Part shown: piece after piece, positions 36,177-44,619 of the stretch
Position numbering within the stretch: position 1 is the first letter of the stretch
Layout of the letters: every line of letters starts with the position of its first letter
Assembly (NCBI GenBank): GCA_963697995.1
Contig: OY969110.1
Location: 1,511,404 to 1,575,403, forward strand
From: an uncultured Chlamydiae bacterium
GTDB lineage: Bacteria > Chlamydiota > Chlamydiia > Chlamydiales > JAJFMB01
Direction: 5' to 3'
Length of the DNA: 64,000 nucleotides
The notes under the pieces: model-generated
Told to the model about the DNA's origin: nothing
Databases searched by the model: none
Seen by the model: only the letters and a program-made list of their open reading frames with translations
Translations under genes and position numbers: made by a program

Positions 36177-36504
36177 GGAGTTTAAGCTCTTTTTTTGATG
36201 GGGTGACTTGCAATCTTTTTAGGGGGGATTCGGTGTGAGAATTTAGTTTTGAAAAGGTGTATTTAGGAGTTTTGTATCGTATTAGGGTCAACTCATCTTC
36301 GTAAAAAATCGCTTTTGGGTACGTTAACCGATTGATATAAAGGGCGCTTGGAATAAAGAGGAAAAATTCTTGAATAAATGTCGACTTTTTTTCGGTTTGA
36401 GCGAGGGGGAAATCTGATTTCAGTTCAAATTGGAGATTATCGCGGAAATTGATATCCCCCTCATTTAAGTCGCGCCAGAAGCTACTTGTCCAAAACTCAT
36501 CCAT
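36109..36504 (-). CDS. Hypothetical protein (probably the N-terminal fragment of the same gene, separated by a 1-nt frame change in an A7 tract)
   Basis: The ATG overlaps the stop of the upstream porin gene (TAATG). The reading frame meets the 35088-36176 frame at the homopolymer 36190-36196. Confidence 0.45.
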   Translation of the reverse strand: MDEFWTSSFWRDLNEGDINFRDNLQFELKSDFPLAQTEKKSTFIQEFFLFIPSALYINRLTYPKAIFYEDELTLIRYKTPKYTFSKLNSHTESPLKRLQVTPSKKELKLLANIFRSTLRKRGTPYHTKQRC

Positions 36505-37685
36505 TAGAAATCGATGCTGCCTCCAACACGCAATCCTTGAAGAGTATAAGTTCCAAGACTTCTTTGAGTATCAGGCGTTAAGGTGATGAGTCTGTTGTGA
36601 TCAAACCACACTTGTGCTTCCCATGCGACAAGTCCCCGAATCACATAGCAGCCGCTGCAAATAGGCAATTCCCATCTTAGACCGATAGAGCTCTCAAGTA
36701 TGGGGAGAACATTTCTTGTGCAAGCGCTTGCCGAGAAAATTTTGTTGAAGTAACTGTAGCAGCTATTACAGGTGTTGCAATCGTTGCATCCATTTGAATT
36801 GTTGTTGCAGCTGTTGCATCCATTTGAATTGTTGTTGCAGCTGTTGCACGATTTGCCACAAGTGCTACACCCGTTGTTGCAAGAGTTTTGTACAGTCATC
36901 GCATCGTATAAGTTAGTGCAATCGTATCGACAATTTTGATAGCGGCTCCAAAGGGCCGAAAATGAAAAATCGGCAAAAATGGCTGTACACCATCCAAAGT
37001 GGGAGGCCATATCGAGTCCCACTCTTGGTCCCGCTCCCCAAACGGATTGTTTTTGGGTGATGTCGTAGTCATTAAAGAGATAACCAAAGTAGCTAACGGA
37101 ATAGTTTTGTTTATCCCAAACCCCTTTTGCACCAAAGTGAGGACGTACGGAAAACCAGTCGTTGACGAAAAACTCGTTGGCAATATCTAAATCGAGAATA
37201 TTGACGCGAGTTGACCAGGAGGCTTGAGCTTGATCGAGAAGCTCTAAGTTTCCTCTACAGTTAAGAAGAGAATTGACTGTGGCAAAGTAAGCGACGAGGT
37301 CAGTTCCTAGCTGATTATTTGTGATGCAGGAACTTGTTTTCTCATTAAATTGGGTATAAACAATCGAAAGATCCCATCCGGAGCAGTCGAAAAGCAGCCC
37401 AGCACCAGCTTTAAAGCCTGAGTTAAATTTCCAGTTCATGTCGTAAATGGTGCCTTGCTGACAAACAGCATAACTAAAAGGGGAATTGTTTCCAGAGTAG
37501 GCAAACTTGAGGCCATCTTCGCGAGCAGTCCAGTATAGGTATTCACCGCGTAAATAGAACGCAGGGTAGCTCCAAAGCACGGCACTTTTACAGTTTGAGG
37601 GAACTTCTGCGTAGCAGGGAACCCCTTGGGCCTGTAATAGGGTTGGAAAAAGGGCAAACATTGCGATAAGCGTGTGTTTCAACAT
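36504..37685 (-). CDS. MOMP-like cysteine-rich outer-membrane porin with a Cys/Asn-rich repeat loop
   Basis: Signal peptide MLKHTLIAMFALFPTLLQAQG, FYLRGEYLYWTAREDGL (MOMP-family FLYW-type motif), CNSCNNNSNGCNSCNNNSNGCNDCNTCNSC, C-terminus VGGSIDF. Confidence 0.7.
   Translation of the reverse strand: MLKHTLIAMFALFPTLLQAQGVPCYAEVPSNCKSAVLWSYPAFYLRGEYLYWTAREDGLKFAYSGNNSPFSYAVCQQGTIYDMNWKFNSGFKAGAGLLFDCSGWDLSIVYTQFNEKTSSCITNNQLGTDLVAYFATVNSLLNCRGNLELLDQAQASWSTRVNILDLDIANEFFVNDWFSVRPHFGAKGVWDKQNYSVSYFGYLFNDYDITQKQSVWGAGPRVGLDMASHFGWCTAIFADFSFSALWSRYQNCRYDCTNLYDAMTVQNSCNNGCSTCGKSCNSCNNNSNGCNSCNNNSNGCNDCNTCNSCYSYFNKIFSASACTRNVLPILESSIGLRWELPICSGCYVIRGLVAWEAQVWFDHNRLITLTPDTQRSLGTYTLQGLRVGGSIDF
36781..36840. 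repeat. 30-bp tandem repeat x2 inside the porin gene
   Basis: TCGTTGCATCCATTTGAATTGTTGTTGCAG / CTGTTGCATCCATTTGAATTGTTGTTGCAG, encoding CNSCNNNSNG twice. Confidence 0.85.
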
Positions 37686-37844
37686 CAGAATATCTCCAAA
37701 TCAAATTTGTGGTTTTTTTGTTTCAGTATACAGATAGAAAGATTGAAAGCAAACTTTGATTGAATTTTTTTCTTCTAACAGGTAAGATTGAATTTTCACC
37801 AAGGAGGAGCTTTTAAGCTCCTTTAAAAAAACTTTTAAGAGTTT

Positions 37845-39383
37845 ATGAAGTTAAAAATCAATACGCCTTTAGTTTTCATTTTTTTTGCCTTAGGGTTTTC
37901 CATAATGTTGTTAACGGCTGATTTTTCGGCCATTAGTGTCACCCTGCCTTATCTTTCGAAAGAATTTGCTGTTAATAAAGAGTCATTGAGCGTAATCCTC
38001 AATCTCTATTTAGTTTTTTTTGTGATTTTAATGATTCCAGGAGGGCGTCTTGCCGATTATTTGGGAAGAAAAAAGGTGTTTTTGTTTGGTCTTTTAGTTT
38101 TTGCCTTGGCCTCTTTGACAGCCGGTCTTGCGGACAATTTTAAGTTTTTTGTCGCAGCAAGAGCTTTTCAAGGTATAGGAGCCGCTCTTTTTTTTCCAGC
38201 AAGTCTTGGTATCTGTTACGGGGTGGTTCCCGAGCAAAAACAGAGTTTTGCAGTGGGGCTTCTTTTGGCAATGGCAGGTATTGGATTTGCCGCCGGCTCA
38301 TTTTTTGCAAATGCTTTAATCGATGCTGTTGGTTGGCGTTTTGTTTTTTTTGTGCCCGTTGGTGTGGCGACGTTTGCCTTTATTTTAGCTCTTTTTCAAC
38401 TTGAAAATGAGGGGATTGAGAGTAAGGAGAGTTTAGGGGACACCTTTGGTTTAATCACCTTGACGGTGGCTCTTTGTTCTTTTCTTTTTGCAATGCAAAG
38501 AACGGGCCTTTTTGGGCTGATCTCATTTCCTGTTCTTGGGTGGTTGCTGTTTTCCTTTCTTTGTTTTTTACTGATGTTTTTTGTCGAGAGAAAGGTCCCT
38601 TCTCCTCTTATTCCAAGGGAGCTTTTTTCCAATCGGCAATTTTGGGTAGCGACCCTTTTGATAACAGTGATTTCCCCCGCTTTTTTTTCAGAGCTTCTCT
38701 TTCTTCCTCAGCTTATGCAAAAATTTTTAGGTTTTAGTCCGATGCTCTCTTGCTTAGGCCTTTTGCCCATTTGGGTTGTTTGGGCGCTCATTTCACCTGT
38801 TGCCGGCGATCTTTATAGTTATTTTGGTGGAAAACTGTTGGTGGCTATGGCAACTTTTTTAATTGCCATGGGGGCTTTTGTGTTTGGATTTGTTGGTTCA
38901 GAGGATAGTTACTTTTTTCTTCTTCCTGGTTTAATTCTTTCAGGCATTGGGTTTGGTTTTGGATTTACGTGCATCACAAATCTCGGGATGAGTGCAGTCG
39001 ATGAGAGTAAATCGAGTTTTGCTGGCGGTGTCCTTTATACATTTTTAGTCCTTGGGGGACTTTTGGGGCTTGCTTTTTCCCGGGAGATTTTTTTAGTCGT
39101 CTCAAGGCTTGTTTTATCAAATGAGATAGAGCACCTCTCCTTTATCCTCGATGAGCCAAAAAAGAAAATGGCTGAGGACTTTTTGATAAACAATTCGAGC
39201 TTTTTCTCTTTTTCGCAAGACAACTATCTAATGGATCAGTTGCCGATGATGAACTTTTTAAAAATGGCCTTTTCGAAGGGTTTTTTTGCGAGTATGCTCT
39301 TTAGCGCTTTAAGCGCCCTTGTAGGGGCCCTTTTGGCTTTTTTCTATTTAAAAAATACAGATCACAATTTAAAGCCAAACTGA
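37845..39383 (+). CDS. MFS transporter, DHA2 (EmrB/QacA-like, 14-TMS) family
   Basis: PGGRLADYLGRKKVF (MFS motif A) and 512 aa with ~14 TMS. The last codons lie in the first relic of the downstream repeat array. Confidence 0.8.
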   Translation: MKLKINTPLVFIFFALGFSIMLLTADFSAISVTLPYLSKEFAVNKESLSVILNLYLVFFVILMIPGGRLADYLGRKKVFLFGLLVFALASLTAGLADNFKFFVAARAFQGIGAALFFPASLGICYGVVPEQKQSFAVGLLLAMAGIGFAAGSFFANALIDAVGWRFVFFVPVGVATFAFILALFQLENEGIESKESLGDTFGLITLTVALCSFLFAMQRTGLFGLISFPVLGWLLFSFLCFLLMFFVERKVPSPLIPRELFSNRQFWVATLLITVISPAFFSELLFLPQLMQKFLGFSPMLSCLGLLPIWVVWALISPVAGDLYSYFGGKLLVAMATFLIAMGAFVFGFVGSEDSYFFLLPGLILSGIGFGFGFTCITNLGMSAVDESKSSFAGGVLYTFLVLGGLLGLAFSREIFLVVSRLVLSNEIEHLSFILDEPKKKMAEDFLINNSSFFSFSQDNYLMDQLPMMNFLKMAFSKGFFASMLFSALSALVGALLAFFYLKNTDHNLKPN

Positions 39384-40110
39384 TTGCCCAACTCACACGG
39401 TCTTAAATCGATGTGAAAGACAAAACGCTTTAAGCAAAATGGGGTGCGGTGCCGAAGAGAAAGTCACAATCTGAAGCTAAAACTTCTTAAATCGATGTGA
39501 AAGACAAAACGCTTAAAGCAAAATGGGGTGCGGTGCCGAAGAGAAAGTCACAATCTGAAGCTAAAACTTCTTAAATCGATGTGAAAGACAAAACGCTTAA
39601 AGCAAAAAGATTGCAGTGCCGAAGAGAAAGTCACAATCTGAAGCTAAAACTTCTTAAATCGATGTGAAAGACAAAAACGCTTAAAGCAAAAAGATTGCAG
39701 TGCCGAAGAGAAAGTCTCAAACTGAAGCTAAACTGATTGCCCAACTCAAATCGATGTGAAAGACGAAACGCTTAAAGCAAAAAGATTGTAGTGCCGAAGA
39801 GAAAGTCGCAATCTGAAGCTAAAACTTCTTAAATCGATGTGAAAGACGAAAACGCTTAAAGCAAAAAGATTGCAGTGCCGAAGAGAAAGTCTCAATCTGA
39901 AGCTAAACTGATTGCCCAACTCATATCGATGTGAAAGACAAAACACTTAAAGCAAAATGGGGTGCGGTGCCGAAGAGAAAGTCACAATCTGAAGCTAAAA
40001 CTTCTTAAATCGATGTGAAAGACAAAAACGCTTAAAGCAAAATGGGGTGCGGTACTGATGACAAAGTCACAACCTGAAGCCAAACTGATTGCCCGACTCA
40101 TACCGTCTTA
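39362..40110. repeat. Array of 8 tandem 83-92-bp units plus a terminal relic, all derived from the 3' end of the ABC-2 permease gene
   Basis: ATCGATGTG recurs at 39407, 39491, 39575, 39658, 39750, 39833, 39925 and 40009, extended as ATCGATGTGAAAGAC in each unit. On the minus strand the units end in ..TTCAGATTGTGA like the true gene end ..TTCAGGTTGTGA. Confidence 0.9.
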
Positions 40111-40849
40111 AACCGAGATTAAAGATAAAAACACTTAAAGCTAAAAAGGATGCGGTACCGAAGATTAGAAGGGCTAAATTTAAAAACGAGAACTGTTTTA
40201 AAAGCTCGACGGGTAAATAACCAATGAAACCTGCTGGAATTACCGTAAACATCATCATCTCAAGCACTCCTGAGTAAATATTTGTGGGATAAAGTGCAAA
40301 TAGAAAAAGAGAGTCACAATACTTTTTAGAGACGCTTTCAATGGGACCGATCCAGAAGGCGAGGCTGTGAGCTATAATCCCCATAGAGGTGAAAACTAAA
40401 CTTCCACAAACCATGCAAAGAACGATTAAAGAAACAGCTTTAAGTGTTGTTAATCCCCCCATAAACATTAGAAAAGTGGTTGTTATCAGATACCCCCAAC
40501 CTTTTGAGTACGATTTTGAACTTGCAATCTGAAGAAGAATATTTTTAGGTTGCGTCATAAAAGGATCTAAATCACCGCTTAAGATCATCCTCGAGAGGTT
40601 TTTTATCCCACCGGCTGTGATTTGCATCAATCCATAGGCCCCCATTCCGATCGCATTAAGAGCTATCATGTCGTTAAAGGTCCAGCCACCTATCGTTTTA
40701 AACTGCCTAAAGAAAAGCCACCACATAAGAATAAAGATGAGGTTGTTGCCAAGCATTAAAACGCATTCGATGAGGAATGCTCCTCGTACACTGATAGACG
40801 ACCTAATACTTGTCTTAAGAAGAGCTAGAAAAAAAATAAGGGTTTTCAT
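40067..40849 (-). CDS. ABC-2 type transporter permease (subunit 2)
   Basis: 6-TMS ABC-2/DUF990-like permease. ATG at 40849 overlaps the stop of the upstream permease (TAATG). The longer ORF start at 40927 is rejected. Confidence 0.7.
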   Translation of the reverse strand: MKTLIFFLALLKTSIRSSISVRGAFLIECVLMLGNNLIFILMWWLFFRQFKTIGGWTFNDMIALNAIGMGAYGLMQITAGGIKNLSRMILSGDLDPFMTQPKNILLQIASSKSYSKGWGYLITTTFLMFMGGLTTLKAVSLIVLCMVCGSLVFTSMGIIAHSLAFWIGPIESVSKKYCDSLFLFALYPTNIYSGVLEMMMFTVIPAGFIGYLPVELLKQFSFLNLALLIFGTASFLALSVFIFNLGLRRYESGNQFGFRL

Positions 40850-41637
40850 TACCCCCCCTCGATGGTGACAATTTTTAACCCTTTTCGGTAAATGAGAGTT
40901 AAGATCAGGGTTGTCATCAAGATCCAAAGAAAAAGAGAAGCTGTCAAACAGACTGTTTCAAAGATGCCCCCGTTAAGTGCAAGAGCGCTTCTTCCCCCTA
41001 ATATAAGGGGAAAAGGAGTGAAATAGGCAATTTTTTGCAAAATTTTCGGGTAGAGGCTCAAAGGGATTAGTAGACCCCCAAACGCAAAGAGTAGCTTTTC
41101 TAAAATCCAGTAAAAGGGTCCGATATCTCTTAACCAAAAAGCTGAGAGTCCCACGATCATTTGAAGTAAAACCCCTAAAATACCTGCAAAGAGTCCAAGA
41201 AATAGGGTCACTGGTAAAACAGCTAACGAAAAGGGAAATCCCTCTGTCATCCAAAAGGTGAAGCTAAACGAAATCACCCCCAAAACGATGAGGTTCACCA
41301 CAAGTATGCCAAGCGCCTCAAAAAAAACCGACCCTAAGTAGGAGATCGGGCGAGGTAAAAGGTAGCTTAATTTTCCACTTTGTAAATCCTCCTCCATGGT
41401 GTCTTGTATCTCGGGCAAAGAGATTAAAACCCATTCGTTAAGAGCGATGTACCAAAGCAGTTGAATGGGTGTGAAAATCTCCTTTGCTGCCCCTGTTTGC
41501 TTCCAAAGATTTGCGAAAATAATCAAACACGTGACAAGGAAAAGACTTAATCCCATAAGAATTTTGTAGTTTTTTAACGAGTTGATGAACGAAAGACGAA
41601 AAATGGCGAAATATTTATTAATCATGCCCGTTGCCAT
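40849..41637 (-). CDS. ABC-2 type transporter permease (subunit 1)
   Basis: 262 aa, 6 TMS. Overlaps the ATPase gene by 20 nt, giving the operon order ATPase-permease-permease. Confidence 0.7.
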   Translation of the reverse strand: MATGMINKYFAIFRLSFINSLKNYKILMGLSLFLVTCLIIFANLWKQTGAAKEIFTPIQLLWYIALNEWVLISLPEIQDTMEEDLQSGKLSYLLPRPISYLGSVFFEALGILVVNLIVLGVISFSFTFWMTEGFPFSLAVLPVTLFLGLFAGILGVLLQMIVGLSAFWLRDIGPFYWILEKLLFAFGGLLIPLSLYPKILQKIAYFTPFPLILGGRSALALNGGIFETVCLTASLFLWILMTTLILTLIYRKGLKIVTIEGG

Positions 41638-42607
41638 AGAGATGTCGAATAATTTCCTCTAAAGAGGGGTCTTCGATGGTTACGTCTTTTAAGGTGGTCA
41701 GTTTCAGCGCTTCGTGAATCACTTGGTCGATCGGAGTCTGACTTAAAACAACCTCGCAAACAAAATGGTAGTGCGCATTTTCAAGCACTTTAAGGCCGGG
41801 TAGCCCCTTTAATGAAAGCACCTCTTCATCTGTTGTCAGGGTCAGAATTTTTTTCTTCACGTACATTTTTTTTAGCTCTCTTAAAGAGCAATCGAGGATA
41901 ATAGCCCCTTTGTCCAAAACGATCACTCGGTCTGAAACTTGCTCGATATCTGCTGTGTCGTGGGAGGTTAAAAAAAGGGTAGTTCCCCTCTCCTTCGAAA
42001 GTTTGTTGAGAAGCCCTCTTATTTTAAGTTTAGCGTTGATGTCAAGCCCAATCGTGGGTTCGTCGAGAAATAAGATTTTTGGGTTGTGTAGAAGGCTTGC
42101 CACAATTTCACACCTCATCCTCTCCCCAAGGGAGAGCTGCCTTACTGGCTTATCGAGATAGGGGGTGATTTCGAAGGCCTCTGAGAGTTCTAAAAGTTGA
42201 GAGCGGTAATTCTTTTCCCCAATTTCATAAATTTTTGAGAGCAGATCAAAAGTGTCTAAAGGGGGTAACTGACTCCAAAGTTGGGAGCGTTGCCCAAAGA
42301 CAGTGCCGATTTGAACCCCAAGCTCTCGTCTGTTTTTTGAAGGGACAAGGTCAAGCACTTTGATTTGCCCAGAAGAGGGGTAAAGAATTCCTGTAAGCAT
42401 TTTTATGGTCGTTGATTTGCCCGCACCATTTGGGCCAATGAAAGCGACCCTTTCAGCTCGTCTTACATTAAAAGAGATGTTTTTTATAGCTGGAATTTCA
42501 AACGTCTTAGAAGCAAAAAGTCCTTTTAAGGCTCCCAAAACCCCAGGGAAGTTTTCCCTTACGAGAAAGTTTTTGGTAAGGTTTTGGACAACAATGGCAT
42601 CTGACAT
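41618..42607 (-). CDS. ABC transporter ATP-binding protein
   Basis: Walker A GPNGAGKST, signature LSLGERMR, Walker B ILFLDEPTIGLD, H-loop TSHD. Confidence 0.9.
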   Translation of the reverse strand: MSDAIVVQNLTKNFLVRENFPGVLGALKGLFASKTFEIPAIKNISFNVRRAERVAFIGPNGAGKSTTIKMLTGILYPSSGQIKVLDLVPSKNRRELGVQIGTVFGQRSQLWSQLPPLDTFDLLSKIYEIGEKNYRSQLLELSEAFEITPYLDKPVRQLSLGERMRCEIVASLLHNPKILFLDEPTIGLDINAKLKIRGLLNKLSKERGTTLFLTSHDTADIEQVSDRVIVLDKGAIILDCSLRELKKMYVKKKILTLTTDEEVLSLKGLPGLKVLENAHYHFVCEVVLSQTPIDQVIHEALKLTTLKDVTIEDPSLEEIIRHLYGNGHD

Positions 42608-42709
42608 AAGATAATCTTGAAAAGGTGCCCGAATGATATCTTAAAAAACCGATTTTAATCAAGAAATGACGGGAGAAATTTTTTTTTCTCCCGTCAATAA
42701 GAGAATGAA

Positions 42710-43258
42710 TTACTCATCACCGATTTGAGGAGGCTTTGTCTCATCGATATTTCTTGAAAGAAATATCATCGAAAGACCTAAAAATAGCAGGTTGATACCC
42801 ACTAAAAGCCCTATCACCCAAGAAGCTGTTCCTGGAAATCCGCTCCAGATAATGGCTGAAATGATCACACTCAAAATACCACTGACTAACAACCAACCCC
42901 AGTTTTCGTAATTTTTAAGGCGAAATGAGAAGTAAATCTTAGCTATTCCTTCGATAAGGAAAAAGATTGCCAAGAAAAGTGTCAGCGTTAACATTCCACT
43001 CCAGGGGTGTGTTAGCAAAATTCCCCCTGCGGCCAGGTAAAGAAGAGATAGAACGATTGACCAAATAATTTCAAGAGCTCTTTTAAGCTCAAATGTTTTG
43101 ATCCCTTGCACTATTCCTCCAGCTACAAAGAGTGCTCCTACTAAAAGTTCAACACTTAAACTTGAAAGTGTTGGCATCGCAATAGCAAAGAGCCCTAGCA
43201 AGAAAAGAAGCACTCCCTCAAAGAGGAAGAGACCTCGTGTTTTTTGTATAATGTCCAT
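42710..43258 (-). CDS. HdeD/DUF308 family membrane protein
   Basis: 182 aa, 6 short TMS. The N-terminus GLFLFEGVLLFLLGLFAIAMP is typical of DUF308 repeats. Confidence 0.6.
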   Translation of the reverse strand: MDIIQKTRGLFLFEGVLLFLLGLFAIAMPTLSSLSVELLVGALFVAGGIVQGIKTFELKRALEIIWSIVLSLLYLAAGGILLTHPWSGMLTLTLFLAIFFLIEGIAKIYFSFRLKNYENWGWLLVSGILSVIISAIIWSGFPGTASWVIGLLVGINLLFLGLSMIFLSRNIDETKPPQIGDE

Positions 43259-43517
43259 AGATCCGCATCCCTTTTTTAAATAAACCTTAAAACCTTAAGC
43301 TTCAAGATTTTCAATTTTATCCAAGATAAGGAGCAAGTGGTGTGGACCCGCTTGCTCCTTTTTATGGCCTTTTCAACTAAATATTAATTAAACGTAACTT
43401 TCTATTACTAATTTATAACTAATAATTCGAAATGTCAAACTAATTATTTTAATTATTTTACATTGCTTAAAATGAGTGATTTGGAACAAATTAGGTCAAC
43501 TCCTTATAGAGCGATTT

Positions 43518-44597
43518 ATGAGAGTTTTAGTCATTAATTCAGGTTCTTCAAGTATTAAATGGTCCCTTTATCAAGAGGAGGAGTTACTTCTTTTTGGGCA
43601 TATTGAGAGAATAGGGCACCAGGGGGCTAGTTTTTTTATTGGTGAGAATTCTATCTTAGGTTTTGATTTATCAGACCATAAAAAAGCGTTCGAAGCGCTT
43701 ATTCACTCTATTAAGGAGGAGCTTCGAGGTGTCGATGCGATTTCTCATAGAATTGTGCATGGGGGAAGAAGCTTTGTGTACCCAACGGTAATCACCAAAG
43801 AGGTTTTGGAAGTTTTAAGGAAGTTAATTCCATTAGCCCCTGAACATATGCCGGCAGCTATTTTTGGCATTGAGGCGTTTCAAAACGAGTTTAAGGTCAT
43901 TCAGGTGGCATGTTTTGATACCGCTTTTCATGCCAATATGTGGGATGTTGCCAAAAGGTTACCGGTTCCGAAACAGCTCGATGAGTGGGGGGTGTGCCGC
44001 TTTGGGTTCCATGGCCTTTCGTATCAGTCTATTGTTTATAAGTTGCGCACTTTAAATCGGTTAAAGGAGAAGCTTGTTGTGGCCCATCTTGGCAATGGAT
44101 GTAGTTTAGCTGCAATCTTTAAGGGTGTAGGGGTCGACACGACGATGGGGATGACTCCTCTTGGGGGGGTGCCGATGGGAAGTCGCGCAGGCGATTTAGA
44201 CCCTGGTGTCTTGCTTTATCTGTTAAGAGAGAGGGGATATGATGAAAGGGGGTTAGATAAGCTTCTCAATGAAAAGTGTGGTCTTTTAGGGGTATCAGGC
44301 ATTTCTTCCGATATGAAGGAATTGCTTGAGTCTCCCAAGGGATCAGCTCAATTTGCAGTTGATTTTTTTTGTTACCAGGTGAGTAAAAGTGTGGCTGCTA
44401 TGACAGTGCCTCTTTCAGGGATTGACACCCTTGTTTTTACGGGCGGTATTGGTGAAAGAGCTGAAGCTGTTCGGGAAAATATTTGCAAACGGATTAAGTT
44501 TTTAGGCGATTTTGAGGTTTTAGTGGTCAAGACGGATGAAGAGTTGATGATGGTTAAAGAAACTCTAGAAATTTTGGAAAAAACTCCCAAGCCTTAA
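43518..44597 (+). CDS. ackA: Acetate kinase (acetate/propionate kinase family)
   Basis: MRVLVINSGSSSIKWSLY, HRIVHGG, GFHGLSY, AHLGNGCS, LVFTGGIGE. The internal ATG is preferred to the upstream start at 43476. Confidence 0.8.
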   Translation: MRVLVINSGSSSIKWSLYQEEELLLFGHIERIGHQGASFFIGENSILGFDLSDHKKAFEALIHSIKEELRGVDAISHRIVHGGRSFVYPTVITKEVLEVLRKLIPLAPEHMPAAIFGIEAFQNEFKVIQVACFDTAFHANMWDVAKRLPVPKQLDEWGVCRFGFHGLSYQSIVYKLRTLNRLKEKLVVAHLGNGCSLAAIFKGVGVDTTMGMTPLGGVPMGSRAGDLDPGVLLYLLRERGYDERGLDKLLNEKCGLLGVSGISSDMKELLESPKGSAQFAVDFFCYQVSKSVAAMTVPLSGIDTLVFTGGIGERAEAVRENICKRIKFLGDFEVLVVKTDEELMMVKETLEILEKTPKP

Positions 44598-44612
44598 AGA
44601 GCTTGGGAGTTT
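44578..44612 (-). terminator. Rho-independent terminator candidate for the Gly/Cys-rich peptide gene (embedded in the ackA 3' end)
   Basis: CTCCCAAGC (44584-44592) pairs with GCTTGGGAG (44601-44609). On the minus strand the stem is followed by TTTTTT (complement of 44578-44583). Confidence 0.5.
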
Positions 44613-44619
44613 AATAAGC

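Noticed and set aside
39362-40110. Possible CRISPR array, because of its regular ~84-bp periodicity.
   Set aside because: The units are contiguous copies of one sequence with no unique spacers. There is no repeat/spacer alternation, no leader, and no cas genes anywhere in the window. The units are clearly homologous to the 3' end of the adjacent permease gene.
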